64,000 nt of DNA from the human T2T-CHM13v2.0 reference genome, Homo sapiens. Positions 49,668 to 64,000 of the stretch are shown piece by piece; the stretch's first letter is position 1; every line of letters begins with the position of its first letter. The stretch is taken from assembly GCF_009914755.1 (NCBI RefSeq), contig NC_060926.1. One strand, given 5' to 3'. Under the pieces are notes generated by a model that worked only from the letters and a program-made list of their open reading frames with translations, ran no database searches and was not told the origin of the DNA. The position numbers and the translations under genes were made by a program.

Positions 49668-49892
49668 ACAATGAGAACACATGGACATAAGGAGAGGAAC
49701 GTCACACACCAGGGCCTGTCAGCGGGTAGGGGGCTAGGGGAGGGATAGCATTAGGAGAAATACCTAATGTAGATGATGGGTTGATGGGTGCAGCAAACCA
49801 CCATGGCACGTGTATACCTATGTAACAAAACTGCACGTTTTGCACATGTACCCCAGAACTTAAAGTATATATATATATATAAGTCCCTATGA

Positions 49893-50097
49893 GAGTTGAA
49901 CAATGAGAACACATGGACACAGAGAGGGGAACAACACACAACAGGGCCTGTTGGGGGTAGGGTGTGAGGGGAGGAAACTTAGAGGATGGATCAATAGGTG
50001 CAGCAAACCACCATGGCACACATAGACCTAAGTAACAAACCTGCAGGTTCTGCACATGTATCCCTTTTTTTTTTTTTTTTAAATAAAGAATAAAAAT
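49893..50097 (+). mobile_element. Separate ~200-bp L1 3' end (L1PA8-like)
   Basis: A second gagttgaacaatgagaacacatggac 3' UTR with different diagnostics (aacttagaggatggatcaataggtgc; T-run after tatccc) and its own A-rich tail. It is flanked by aagtccctatga on both sides. Confidence 0.88.
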
Positions 50098-51309
50098 AAA
50101 AGTCCCTATGATACAAAGTGGCTATGAGAATTAAAATAAAATACACATATAAAATAGTATTTAGAAGAGTACATTGTAAGTGGTAAATACTTGGTACATA
50201 GTAAATGGTAAATACATGTTAGGTTGTATTTTCCTTATCTGGAGTTTAATGTATACACTTTGCCTTATATGTACAGTGTGAAGTGCACAACCTCAAAGGT
50301 AGGGAAAGGATTTGAACAGAAAAAGATTGAAAGATTGTGACTTTCAAAGGAAAGAAATACATACAAAATAAAGCAGAACATTAAGTGGAAAGAAAGAAAA
50401 TATCCTACATGTTAAGAGTTTCACAGTTAATTTCATGTAAACATTATATGAAACATACTTAGTTAACCACATTATAATACAGAGTTATGTTCAATTTACC
50501 ATCTAAATGGTAGAGTGTGTGTGGAATCTTCAGAATGTAAATAATTGTCATTTTCAAAGTCATGAAATTATTAATTACCTAAAACTTTTGGTAAATAACA
50601 TGTCATTTCATCTTCTCCACTGTAAAAATTAGCCCTTAGAATCTAGAAATTAGCTTTTCACTAGAGTTTCCAAATAATTTGGAGAATGGCCTTTTGTACT
50701 TTCAGATGCCAGAGCACTTGGGAAGAAACAGAAGCTATCATTAGAAAGCTGCTTCATTTCCTTTCCCCATCCATGGTCAATAACCTTCGACAGCTGATCT
50801 AAAAAGGTCGCCTATTCTAAGTATCACAGGATAGAGTTATGTCAAATTGGACTTAATGAATGTTGTTACCTTTTTGACAAAAAGCAAAATGATCCTTTTC
50901 AGTGCACTAAAGGTAAATATAGGATTTTAAAAAAAAAGAAAGTGTGATACCCCTCTGTTATTAGTAATGTCTATGTCAAAATATTAGACACTAAACCAAA
51001 ACTACCTTTGTCAATTTTCATCCTCAATGACCTACCTGTCATTTGATGTTCCAGAGCCATTAGGTCTATATCACATAGGTATGTTCCTACTGGATCCTCC
51101 ATTTTTTAAATGTCCTTCAGCAAGACCTGCACACTATTAGCACAGTTTGAATGGATTAAAATATTCTAATGCCATCATTTCAGAGGTAAGTCTACAGAGA
51201 AGAGACAGTCATTCAAAGATGCATGACACTTTGGATCCATTGAGTTCATCCTCTTACTGCCTTGAATGAGGCCACAAGAGAAGTGAGGATGCTGGAGCTG
51301 GCAGCACCT

Positions 51310-51472
51310 ACATGTGAACCCTGACTCTAACACCCAGTAACTGTTTGATGTGGAATTACATAAGCCATCTTTGGGTCTCAGCTTTCTCATCTGTAAAATA
51401 GGTATAATATCACTCACTTCACAGGGACTTCATGAAATGAGCGTGTAAAATGCTTTTAATAAATGTTAGTTC
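51310..51472 (+). mobile_element. MIR SINE fossil
   Basis: tctcagctttctcatctgtaaaataggtataata ... taataaatgttag. Confidence 0.7.
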
Positions 51473-51621
51473 ACTTTCTTGATCTAACATGAGAGTTTTC
51501 TTGTTGGTTCTGCACTTAGAATTTTAACTTGCATAAGTACCTATGTAATCAAAACCACTTTACTCATCACAATATCAGCTATCACTGATTCCACCCTTCC
51601 ACTAAGCATATGGTTTTATTT

Positions 51622-51922
51622 ATTTGTTTGTTTGTTTGTTTTTGAGACAGTGTCTCATTCTGCCATCCAGGCTGGAGAGTAGTGGTGTGATCTCGGCTCA
51701 CTGCAACCTCTGCCTCCCAGGTTCAGCCATTCTCCTGCCTCAGCCTCCCAAGTAGCTGGGACTATAAGCACCTGACACCACGCCTGGCTAATTTTTGTAT
51801 TTTTAGTAGAGACGGGGTTTCACCATATTGGCCAGGCTGGTCTCAAACTCCTCACCTCGTGATCTACCCGCCTCGGCCTGCCAAAGTGCTGGGATTACAG
51901 GTGTGACCCGCTGTGCCCAGCC
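51622..51922 (-). mobile_element. AluSg-like element
   Basis: Full antisense Alu with TSD ggttttattt (51612-51621 / 51923-51932). Confidence 0.92.
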
Positions 51923-54867
51923 GGTTTTATTTTTAACCAGAAGGCAAGGGCTTGAGATGACAGACAAGTAAGTCATCTGTTTTATTTTGCCTGACTGCAC
52001 CCAATAGTAGCAACCAATATTTCAGTGGTAACTAGACTGAATTTAATGAGGTGCTTGAAACTCTTAGCCTTATTTTCTGTTGATGATTATCAGTGTGTTT
52101 CTGAAGAATATGAATTTTAATTAAATTCTTCCTCATGGATTTGTGCTGAAGATGTTTTTTTTCTATATGTTTACAAAAGGATAACCTTGCCCTAACCTCA
52201 AGGCATATTTCCTCTTCTTTGTACCACTGCATAAAAGAAAATTTTACAGGGTGTGTTACTAGGAGTCCTTTAGTAGAACTAAAAGAGACACAATGAATAG
52301 AACCACTTCCACTTGTTTAATAGATTGTGAAGACTTTCAATGAAATTTGTGTTTCTCAAAGGTGCATTTTTTTTACCCTACCTCATTTCATATTACTTTT
52401 TTATTTCTCAAGTTGCCTGAGAAAATGTTCAGTATAAACTAGATGCTCTTATCCATGAATTTCCATTCTGTAAACAAAAGTATGGCAATAAAAATCTCAT
52501 TCTTGAAAATTACTTTTTAAAAGAGCTATAAAATTCAAACACAATCTAGATTCAACAAAAATTAAGCTTACTTAATTTGAATAAGATGCTTTCATTACTG
52601 TAATAATATGTAACTCAAATAATCATCAGAACATAACTGCTTTGAAAAGTGACTCAATTCAATTCTTTGTGTTAAAATGCTCACATAAAAATGGCCTGAG
52701 TTCTACAAGTCCTGTTCTATCTGCTGGAGCCTACTGCACTTCTAAATCTTGAACAATTGGGAGTTAAAAGGCAAGGGCTGGTCCCTCTTTCAGAGGAAAT
52801 TAAATATTCTACTTCCATCTATGACAGTGGTTCCAAAACCTGCCCACTCATAATCTCTTGTAGAGCATTTTAAAAATATTAACACTCCATGAAATTTTGA
52901 TTTAGCAGGTCTACTCCATGTAGATTCCATGAAACTTTTGCAATTATTCTTATGTTTTGTGAAAGAGGGAGAAGAGTTTTCATTTTCTAAAGTCCTAAAC
53001 CCAATTTACTTAGGGCAAAGGGAATGATAATCATATATTCAATATCCTACTTTATTCTAGAGATGTAAATATGCCTCAGAATAATCCTGATAAAGCAAGC
53101 TCTTGCTGCGTAGTTTGGGCATAGATGGCTGAGATTATACTGTAAAATGCAACTTTCATTAAAGAACAATTTATGGGGATTGTTGAATTATGACAAGGCC
53201 AAGGTAAACGTTAAAATGAAGTATATGCAGTTTGTAGATTTATAAAATTGTCAGAAGAGTTTCAAAATAAGCAAATGGCTGCTTTTAAGGTCATTTGTAA
53301 TATATGCAACTGTACTTCTATTTGCTTTCAGGCAAATTATATCCAATTTAAATGTTATTCTTCAGAAAGTATGTCTAATAAAATTCACCACCATAACTTC
53401 TGCATGGGTAATGCCTGCTCTCATCACTGAAGACTAGTTTGCTGTCAAAACTTTCAAAGAGCCTCCAAGTGAAATGAATACTGAAGAATAAAGCTTCTAA
53501 AGGCTATTTTGGGTTCCGACACCTCCTTTCTCATGTGGCATTAAACTAAGCCAAGGGCACCTTGTCTCATAAAACTCACTTCATGAAATACCTCTTGTAA
53601 AACTGCAGAAAATGGGAAGTTTGAAATTAGAAACAGAATACAAAAGAGAAGCTAGCCCTTAACTACATGTAGCATCTTCAGATTTTTAAGTAGGAGGAAA
53701 AGTGGTTAAGAAAGGGTTTTCTGTGAAAATTGCATGACTATGTTATATATAAATTAAATAGCTAGAATGTAAGGGACAATAGCTAGCTTTTCTGTAGCCC
53801 TGATGTTAAAACAGAAGGAAGTTAACCGAAATCTGGGTATTAAAAATAATTTAATGATGATGAATGTTTTAACAGATCAAATGGATATATTGTAGAGAAT
53901 TTCTCTTACCTCTCCTTTAGAGTCATAATGCCTGGTTATGCCAGGCTAGTTGTAGAATCATGGATAAATCAAACGGATCTTCTAGGTCTCAGAATTCTCA
54001 TTTGTAAAATGGAGAGTTTGGATACGTAATTTAACTTCTAAGGTGTCTTCCTGTTCTCTGGACTCTGACTTAAAGTGTTATTTCCTCCTAGAAGCTTCGA
54101 AAGTGTAAACTGTTTTCTAACATGCTCTGGCATTGTTTAGTATGGTGCTGAGCATACAGGAATTTGGCTGTTCATTAATAATAAAACCTAAGTTTTCAAT
54201 AGTATGTTACTCCTTCAAAGTACTCTTATAAACATCAACACTTTCAATCCCAATTCTCACAACGTTATAGAGAGGAACATGGACATGAATAATTCCCTTC
54301 ATTTTATTAAGGAGAGAAGCAAAATTCAAGCGATTTGGGATCCTATCTAAATTACAAGACCAAGAAGTAGCCAATCTGGCTCAAGAAGCCAAGATTTCTA
54401 ACTCCTCATCCACAGCATCCTATTGATGAAGTCATTTGTATGAGTTGTGCTTGTATACAGAGGCTATTTTTCTAAATTTCTAACTATAAAAACAGCAATA
54501 TTTGTGGCAATAACTGTTTTAATGTCATCTTTGAAGATATCCCCATTGTTAATCGTCTTTGTTTAGTCCCATGGTACACTCATATGGGAACTCCAATCTA
54601 CCTCATAGTTCCCTTCCCTGAAGATTCAGCAGCCCCAGAAACTCCAGCCTGGCCTGGTCATATATTTTGATAAACAGGTGTGACATGCAGTTTTATCTTA
54701 TCCATCACCCCCATAAAGCATAAGCTCTTACTTATGAAATTTTCTTTGTAACTTCACTGAGTGAGCAATTGATAGGGAGAAAGCTATTCTTACTCTGGTG
54801 CTTTATTGTGTTCACATGTGACACTTTCTTTGAATAAGCTACAAATTTGGTAAAATTTCTTTATCCT

Positions 54868-55170
54868 CTTTTTTTGAGATAGGGTCTTTCTCTGCCATTC
54901 AGGCTTGGAGTGTAGTGGTGCAATCATGGCTCACTGCAACCTCAAACCTCTGGGCTTAAACAATCCTCCCATCTCAGCCTCTCCAGTAGCTAAGACTACA
55001 GACACACGCCACCACACCCAGCTACTTTTTTTAAAAAAGTGTTATTTATTGTAGAGACCAGGCCTCGCTATGTTGCCCAGGCTGATCTGGAACTCCTAGC
55101 CTCTAGTGACTCTCCCACTTCAGCTTCCCAAAGCACTGGGATTAACAGGCATGAGCCACCACACCCGGCC
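54868..55170 (-). mobile_element. AluJ element
   Basis: J-type text agggtct..., caatcatggctcactgca and caatcctcccatctcagcc. Confidence 0.88.
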
Positions 55171-55344
55171 CTTTTCTATAGTTATCTTTTATATATTAGC
55201 AGAATTTTCTCATATTTGCTCCCAGAAATTTTGTGTTAAATGTTCATTTTATAACTATTAAACAATCTTTTATGTTTTGGCTGAGAACATTTCACTTCTT
55301 TGTACTATACCTGGACCAGACTTGGTAGACAAATCAGAAAGTGT

Positions 55345-55457
55345 TGTTGTTGTTTGTTTTTATATAGTATTTTTTGTTTCTTAAATTTTAAGTTCAGAGG
55401 TATATTTGTAGGTTTGTTACATAGGTAAGCACGTGTCATGAAGGTTTGTTGTAAAGA
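55345..55457 (-). mobile_element. Short L1PA-type extreme 3' end fragment
   Basis: ttttaagttcagaggtatatttgtaggtttgttacataggtaa, preceded by a T-rich tail. Confidence 0.7.
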
Positions 55458-55502
55458 AAGATTTTTCAAAGATTCTGAAGCAAAAAACATCACCTAAACA
55501 TA

Positions 55503-55818
<316 letters not shown>

Positions 55819-56856
55819 CTAAGTTAATTTATACTGAGTTTTCTATTTAAAATATAGAAATAGTCATCATTTATATGGAACCATATTACATAACATAATT
55901 TCATATGGAACTCTTTTGCAAGAAAGTCAATAGACTCTTTCATACCTATAACTAGAGATTCTAATGTGTTATACTGAAGAGAGGTTCAGGGCTCCAGAAT
56001 AATAAGACACTTTCTCTGTCCCTTAGACTCCTATGCAGGATAAGGTGAATATACAATATGTATATGCACATACATGCGTTCACATATGTTTGTGTGTGAA
56101 TACATGTACAAACTGCATATGAAGAATAAATGCAACTATAATTATGTTTTATAATTGGACTATGGAGTGGATACATTGTCTTATATACAAATAGGCCCAT
56201 AATACTCATTGGTTGACACCTGAATGTTCTGCATGAATCAGTTCATCCACTTAAGAGTGTGCATAATTCAATTTACAATGTCACCACCTGCAAGGACACG
56301 GTCAATTCAGGTATAGTCACAGTTCAAGGTTGTTTTGTTTGGGCATTTTGGTGGAAATTTAACATTAAGCAGGCAGGTCTAATTCCTGCTTATTCACTAT
56401 AAATTAGAGTTAATAGTTATCACCTTATTCCCTGGCTAACATTTAATAGATATACAGCACTATACCAACTAACCACTTCACAGTACATATACATAATTTA
56501 AATAGGAAATAATTCTGAAGGTTTTCAGATGCCATAAGCAGCAGACCTAACTAGGTGATCTTTGAATTTTATTCTTACAATATTAGTATAATATGTTTCT
56601 TCTAAGATAAGAAAACAACTAGAAAATTTGTCATTAAAATTGCTCCAACCTCTAAAAATTCTTACACTTAAAACATTTTGCAGCCTAATTGACAAGGTTA
56701 GCATTTTATACAGGTCTATGTCTTCTAAACTATTATTGTGTTTTTGCAATATACTTATCAATTAATTGTGATAACAATTAAATTGGGTATTGTGGTACCA
56801 GAATTACAATATTACCATTTATGATTTCTTATATTTAGTAATTAAGATATTAAATG

Positions 56857-56927
56857 TTTTATCTCTGGCAAGAATATCCAAAGACCATCGACCATATTTT
56901 ATCTCTGTCAAGAATATCCAAAGACCA
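56857..56927. repeat. 31-bp direct repeat (1 mismatch), period 40
   Basis: ttttatctctg(g/t)caagaatatccaaagacca at 56857-56887 and 56897-56927. Confidence 0.92.
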
Positions 56928-56962
56928 CATTACTATGTCCAAATACATAGTAATCTCTTAAT

Positions 56963-57272
56963 CTTTTTCTTTTTCTTTTTTTTTTTTGTTGAGGCAGAGT
57001 CTTACTCTCACTCAGGCTGGAGTGCAGTGGCACAATCACAGCTCAGTGCAGCCTCAACCTCCCTGGGCTCAGGTGATCCTCCTATCTCAGCTTCCCAAGT
57101 TACTGGGACTACAGGCACACGCCACCATGCCTGGCTAATTTTTAATATTTTTTGTAGATTCAAAGTCTCATTATGTTGCCCAGGTTGGTCTCAAACTCCT
57201 GGGTTCAAGTAATTCTCCTGCCTTGGCCTCCCAAAGTGCTGGTATTACAGGCATGAGAAATGAAGCCTGGCC
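56963..57272 (-). mobile_element. AluJ element
   Basis: caatcacagctcagtgcagcctcaacctccctgggctcaggtgatcctcc. Confidence 0.88.
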
Positions 57273-57802
57273 TTTTAATCAATATTTTTGAAGCCATCAC
57301 TGAAATTTAATTGAAAATATTGTTTATATTTTTGCATCATACTATAAAATATATGAATATAGGGAATCTTATTCATATGCAATGAAATATATATAATGTT
57401 TACAAAGAAAATATGAACAAATATTTTAAAATGAAAACTCAGGATTATAAGTATACACAAATACATTGTATGTTGATTTGCTCTTACTAATGGCTGCAAA
57501 TTGGCTTCAATCTTCCTAGCAATTGTACTTAATTATAACATAATTTGATTGTCTCCAGACTCCATACTATTTTATACACAATCACTCAGAGCAGAGCATT
57601 CGACTCATCTTGGCTTTTTTTAACACCTCCACTTGTAGTCATGGCCTCTGCTTTACCATTATGTCAATACTCATGGTTATTTTCTGGACAAAGAAATATT
57701 CAGTACCAAAAGTGTATTTCTATCTTTACCTTTGCAAGATGGAAAACTGCTTGCATCTTTAAAGTAATAGTGTCTGTACTAGGTTTTTGTTTGTTTTGCT
57801 TG

Positions 57803-57838
57803 TTTTTCTTCTTTCTTTCCTTTCTCTCTGTCTCTCTG

Positions 57839-57869
<31 letters not shown>

Positions 57870-57896
57870 TACACAGTGTGCTCACACACTCACACA
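57803..57896. repeat. Compound (CTTT)/(CT)n/(CA)n low-complexity tract
   Basis: Directly visible in the sequence. Confidence 0.85.
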
Positions 57897-58224
57897 AAGA
57901 TTTCAAAGATTTTAAGAAAGCATCTCATCCAGGCCTCAAGTTCAAAGTGCCAGTTATTTGACTTCCCTGACAGAAGCCCCTGCAGAAAAAAAGAGCTTGT
58001 CCCAAACCCACAATCTGTAAATGGCCACCTCATTCTGAAGTGACCTCAGAGAAAACACCCCGATTCAGTGCACTGTCTTTTCCTTGGTTTTCTACCAGGT
58101 CTGCACTCTTCTCTTAGAATCAACCAGGATACCCTGGCTTGTTTTGGGGGCTAAAATGGGATGACTATTTTCAAGTCTTTATTTAGGCTTTATTTGGTTA
58201 TTTATTTATTTAGGCTTTATTTAT

Positions 58225-59145
58225 AAATGGCTTCCACATTTATATCTTTAGCCTAAAGCTCTCTATCCCATCACCATCTCCACTTAGATAATTAATAGAC
58301 ATCTAACACTGAATATGCTGATAAATGACCTCCCAGGGTTTCACCCTCCATTTCTGATGTCCCCATCTTGGTGAACGGTGGCATGTTCTTCAAGGTGCTA
58401 ACCCACACACCTTTAAGTTATCCTTGCGTTATCTTTCTCCTTCACCTCACATAGAAATCCAGGACTTAGGACACAATTTCTTGCCTATAGTACACCAATA
58501 AATATTATTTCCTGCTTCGTCTCTTAGCTTTCCATCATCTATTCTGAACAGCAGTCAGATTCTCTGCCAAAAACCATCCATGTTTCCCTATCTCACTCAA
58601 GGTAAAAACTGAGCTTGCTAATACGACTTAAGAGACTCTACACAGCCTTATCCCAGTTATTACAGACCTCCTCTCCTCCCACGCCTCCTCTTAATCACAC
58701 TTTCTGCAGCTACCCTGGCTCCCCTGCTATTCATTGAACATACCAGCATGCTCCTGCTTAAACAGTCTTTGTAATGGTTGTTTCCTCTGCCAGGAATACT
58801 CTTCCCCCAGGTTCTGTGAGGCTTGTTCCCTCATCCACTTCAAGTCTTTGCTCCATCTCTTTCTCATCAAGGCCACTCTGACCACCATAGTTAAAGCTGA
58901 AGACTCTGCCAGCACTCTCATGTCCCCTCCCCGTGATTGCCTTTGCGTTATTTCCATAGCATACTCCACCATCCAACATACTAAGGAATGTACTTATTTA
59001 TTACTTTATTGTTTATTATCTGTCTCCTGCAATGTTACCTCTGCAAGGAGAAGGAAATGTGTCTGATTAAGTCAAATGAAGTAACACGAGAGTGAGGGTA
59101 TCAGACACATATATAGTAGACAGCATAAATGTTCCTTAAAGGAAT
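58225..59145 (+). mobile_element. L2 3' region
   Basis: atctccacttagata...agacatct, ctgctattcattgaacataccagcatgctcctgc and cctctgccaggaatactcttccccca. Confidence 0.7.
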
Positions 59146-62100
59146 ATATTATCATCAGGCTTTTAGATCTGTATGTCTTACCAAAAACAGACAAGCTATG
59201 TTATTAAAGTTTAGATTTTCTAGAAACATAAATATCTTCAGCATTTATCTATTCTAGTTGTTTACTAGTGTAAACATTTAGTTTTTAAGGTATATTATCC
59301 CCACCAACAAGAGGCAAAATAAATAAATAAATAACAAAAAACTCAGCAATTGTGGAAATTAAACTTAAATTTTAGCTTATTCTATGGTTAAAAACAATTG
59401 CAAAAGGAAAACTCAAAACTTCCTTTAATGGAACACAAGGATAGATTAAGAAAAAATACGGTAGAACTAAAATTTCCATAAAAGAGCAGACATGTTTTCT
59501 TATGGATACCAGATCAGGGAGGGTAAGTTGGAGGTAAAATAGAGAAGATGAAGACAATATTTACTGAGTACCATGTCAGGAACTGTGTTAGAAATTTTAT
59601 TTCATATTGCATTATTTTTCAAATCAAGCAGTTTAGTTTTAAAAGAATAATACATGTAATGGTACAATGTTCTAAAGGTATAAAAGAGTATACCCTAAAA
59701 AGTAAGTCTCTCTCCCATCTCGACACCTGCAACACATCCAGTTCCTCTCCCTGGAGGGAAAAATTGCAACCTGTTTTTCCTGTAACCTTTTAGAGATGAA
59801 TCTATGCACATACAGATGAAGGTATCTGTGCATATTTACATATCTGTACAAAAATGATCATTGATTCCTACTTCAATATGAGAAAATCAACTCAGAGGGT
59901 TTAAATGACAATCCTATGATCACTCAGAGAATAAATAACAGAGCCAGGATTTGAGCTCATACCTGTCTACATCTAAGCCCGTACCAAAGAAAAAAATCTC
60001 AAGTATTTCACCCAAGACTTCTGAGAAAATTTACTTGTCCTTCATAGAAGCACTTTTCTTTCATTTGGCAGCTGGTAAAGAAGTAGACTATTAAGACACT
60101 GTATTCTTTTTCAGAAAATTATTTTGAAACCAAAGCTGAGATAAAGGTCTATAAGACAGACCCGATGGTCAAATGGTTAAGTCCTCATCTATGTCAGAAA
60201 GAAAGACAAGTTACCAAAAAGCTGAGTTTTTTTTTCCCTCTGGCCTATGTGTAAAAGCCATTTAGTCAGAAAATGTTGATTTAAATCCTGATCAGAAAAT
60301 TTTTAATTTTGTTTAAAGCTCCAGATCTCTCTTTGATAAGTACATTGACCTACCATGCTAATAACTCAAGGAGAAAGGAATATGCACAGAATCTGCTATG
60401 AAGAAAGCGATTTTCCTAATTTCAACTATGAGTCTAATTTAAAGGGGTAAACTCAGAAATTAATATTAAAATCTTCGGAGCTTTCAGTATAATAGCTCAT
60501 TTGTGCTATGTTTCTGTATAACTCATATATTCAGTCCCAATATTAATCTACTTGGGTATCCATTTCATTTATTAAAATTATGTTTCCCTCCCTCGTAATC
60601 TCCTTTAATAACATACTTTCTTTGCCTCTGGTACAATCATGGATTGAAATCTTTGTTAACTGTAGCATGAATTCTGTCCTTGGAACATTGTTTTTTTGTC
60701 CACGTATTGAAACTCTCCAATGCATATCAATTGCCTAATTTAAGACAGGTGCCATGCTAGATATTGTGCAGTAAGAATGAATACGGTGAATGCTCCATTT
60801 TCAAAGAAATTGCCAACTGCTAGAAAAGACAAGAATGTATATAAATAATTATAGTGCAAAGCCATAGGAGAGATATAAACAAAGCACTATGTGAGCACAA
60901 AGTTTTGAGTATTCATTTTAACAGAGAGGATCAGAAATAGCTTCATGAAGGAGGAGCATAAAAACTGAAAATTAAAAAGGGTTTATGCTAGTTGAGGGGA
61001 AAAGTAAAAGAAAAAAATAGAATGGTAGTACAGCGTTTTCTTTGAAAGAAGCAACACGTAGTTTTGGGGAAAAAGGATTTGTAATGCTATCCACAAATGA
61101 AGTGACACATTTAAGTCAATTACCCTCCTAGAGATTTGAGAAGACTATTGCACTTAAACTCACCCATACTATGCTGATGTAAAACCAGCCAGCATTTTTG
61201 TCATTTATTTGGGACCTACTACTTAGCTATAATCACAGATCTTTAAGAAAAATAATGTATCTCTTAAATTAAGGATTTGCTTTATGTTAATAGTCTTTAA
61301 TAAGCCAGTATGGGCAAAGGAAAGTAAACAAAAAGTAGAAAGATGCCATTTCTCCATTTTGTGTATGTTGCCAGGAATCTTCAGGAACTTAGGCAGATTG
61401 TTAGACTCTTTCAGTAAGAGGAACTAATCATGCTTAAGAGAAAAGTGGTAGATAGAGAAGGTGAATGGGGCCATTGAACATGTATAGAACAATTCAGGAT
61501 TCTGTGACCTCTGACTTTACGGATATCCATTACTTATAGGAATCAGCCCACATCACCTAACAGGAAGGCCATAAATTCCCTAGAAAAGATTTCCTCCCAT
61601 ATTCTCTCATGGTTCAGGGAATTTCTCCTGGTTCTTCGCACATGTTCCAGCTATTTCTCCTGTCTTTGACACATCTTAATAAGTGTCACATCTATACATG
61701 TATAGATTACATGTATCCAATTGATTATTTGGACTCTATGCTATCCTGTCCATTTCATTTCATTCCATTTCTTTGATCCATAAAGTAGTTCTTAGTTCAT
61801 CTTAGCTCTATGTTTAGCTACACTCCCAGTTGCATCCCTGGATCTCAAAACCTTACCTTGTGACAGAGCTTTGGGCTACTAGATGTCTGAGAGGGTAATT
61901 GAACCTTATTCTAAATTTTTAGTTCAAATTGTTCTGTACTTTCCTCTACTAAAACAGATTGAGCTAGACGGTTTTGTCTGTGGATAGAGGAAAGAACTCA
62001 AGACAGAAAAGGCTGTGTAAAGGAGGTGGGACAGTTTGAATTTCCGTAAAAAGTGTTACTATAACACCAAAATAAACTAATCTGTTCTGATAAATGTTAT

Positions 62101-62703
62101 ATTAATAGGCATCTCCAATAAGGATCTAGGTAGAATAAAATGTCATTGCTATAGTGATTTCAGTCTCAGGAGAATTGAAAATAACTCAAGGGTACGTACA
62201 GACCAGACCTTTGACTGCTAAGTTTATTTAGTTAGAAAGCTCTTTGCTGTGGATGCCAGGAGAAGTATTTCAATATACTGAAGATTACAAAATGGAGGTC
62301 ACTGAGAAAAAGGGAAGCCTCTGTGGGTGAACAACTTAATTTTTTAACTACCATAAACAAACAGGATAAACATAGAATCTGTCTGAAAAAGACACACTTT
62401 CCATTTCTCTTTGCCAAAATCAAATACTGGCCTCCAACTGTGCCAGCATAGGTCAGCAAAGTAACATGGCTGTTGAGTTCTTGGGATCTTAACTACAACA
62501 ACAAATTGAATGGAAAAGCTTTTCAGTAACAAGCATTTATGTTTAGATTTTGTCATGTTTTTTATTTTTCTTGGTCAGAGACCAAATTGGTGGAATTTTT
62601 AGTAGTGTTTATGACACTGAAAGGCACGTGAAATTTCTGTAAACCATCAATCTTCTGATTAGAAAGATTAAGATTTGTCAAACTGCATTCCTTCCCAAAG
62701 TCA

Positions 62704-62927
<224 letters not shown>

Positions 62928-62997
62928 CTAAGCCTCTGGAGGGTAACAGTAGGCGAGTAGCAGTGAATAGAAGAATGCAAGATTTTTTTACTACTGT

Positions 62998-63493
62998 ATT
63001 TTTTTTAACTTTTTATTGACATATAACATACATACAGAAAATGCACAAATCTTAAGTTACAACCTGATGAGCTTTTCTAAATTAACACTGGCTCCCAGAT
63101 TAAGAAAGAAAATATTATCAGGACACTAAAAGTTCCATTTATTCCTCTTTCAGTACTTATCCTGCCCCCACCGAGTGTAACCATTACTGTGACTTCTAAC
63201 ACCACAGTAACTAACACCATAGATTAGTTCTGCCTATTTTTAAAATGCATATACATGAAATTACACCGTGTGTACTCTTCTGTATTTGGTTTCTCTGATT
63301 CAGCATTATCTTTGGGAGATTAATGTATCTTGTTGTTTGTGGATGTACTCTGTTTCCAGAATTAATTGTGCATTTGGATGATTCTCAGTATTGGGCTATG
63401 AGAGATGGAACTTCTGTGAACATTCTTGTACATGGCTTTAGATGAATGTATGCATTTCTATTAGATATTTTCCTTGGAGTGGAATTGCTGGGG
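62998..63493 (-). mobile_element. Ancient L1 (L1ME/MD-like) 3' end
   Basis: aactttttattgacatataacatacatacagaaaatgcacaaatcttaag ... gagtggaattgctggg. Confidence 0.75.
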
Positions 63494-63594
63494 ATGCTTA
63501 TATCCTGTGTGCTAGCTATCGTATCTTTATTTGAGAATAAGCAGAAGTAGTTTCTCACAAAGAATGGCTACATACAAGGTCAGTTATAGAATGT

Positions 63595-63760
63595 ACAGGT
63601 TACAGTGCAAAATAAAAATGCAAGGCCCCTTTTTAAAAAGCAGGAAAAAAGTGCAGTTCAAGGTATAAAGTTTTTTTCTTTCTTCCATGATGTTTTTCTT
63701 GACTTGTCATGATGATTTTTAATTGCTATATAATTATATTCTAAGTAAAGAAAAGCTCCA
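63595..63760. mobile_element. MER45-like hAT-Tip100 fossil (may extend toward the window end)
   Basis: cagtgcaaaataaaaatgcaaggccccttttt...aaaaagcaggaaaaaagtgc resembles recalled MER45 subterminal sequence. Confidence 0.55.
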
Positions 63761-64000
63761 GATTCCTCATTCACAGTCAAGAAGAGTGGTGTGTTCAGAC
63801 TCTAGGAGGACATTTCCAGTTATCTCCATGGACTTCTCATCTGTAGAGTGGGGCATGGCCAGAGCAGTGCCAGAGAAGGGACCAAGGTAGAGTCCCCCAG
63901 GACCCAGCTATAGGGACAGTACTGCCCCCACCCTAGCTACTACCAATATCACCCTCACACGTTGACTCACCCACCTATCATTACTCCCTGCCCTATAATA

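Noticed and set aside
58178-58222. 18-bp direct repeat tttatttaggctttattt
   Set aside because: It is a low-complexity slippage product within a (TTTA)-rich tract.
61690-61707. 18-bp perfect palindrome atctatacatgtatagat
   Set aside because: It is short, AT-rich and isolated, so no function can be inferred.
61852-61960. Possible minus-strand exon (tctgttttag acceptor ... acaag/gtaagg donor)
   Set aside because: All three frames contain stops, and such splice-like pairs are common by chance. It cannot be supported without transcript data.

Overview
This is AT-rich, CpG-poor primate DNA, very probably human because it carries an AluYb-type element. It is non-coding (intronic or intergenic) and dominated by transposable-element fossils. 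I found no credible cellular protein-coding exon, rRNA, tRNA, CRISPR array or CpG island. The recognisable ORFs in the track are decayed L1 ORF1/ORF2, Tigger1 transposase, ERV-L pol or Alu read-throughs; the rest look like chance ORFs. Main content: (1) a decayed ERV-L-class provirus (LTR16/HERV16-like, ~10.7-18.4 kb) whose 3' LTR is split by a near-full-length Tigger1 that itself holds an AluSc; (2) an old L1MA-type element with a twin-priming 5' inversion, later invaded by an MST LTR and an AluJ piece; (3) a 7SL retrocopy; (4) solo MLT2, MLT1 and THE1 LTRs; (5) a 5.5-kb 5'-inverted L1PA7-like element sitting in tandem with a short L1PA8-like 3' end, with three copies of one target site; (6) about 12 Alus or Alu fragments, plus L2, MIR and MER fossils and several short tandem duplications. 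I do not see a new biological system. The most interesting observations are retrotransposition-mechanism footprints. Subfamily names come from recalled consensus sequences and need RepeatMasker/Dfam confirmation, and the boundaries of old repeats are approximate.
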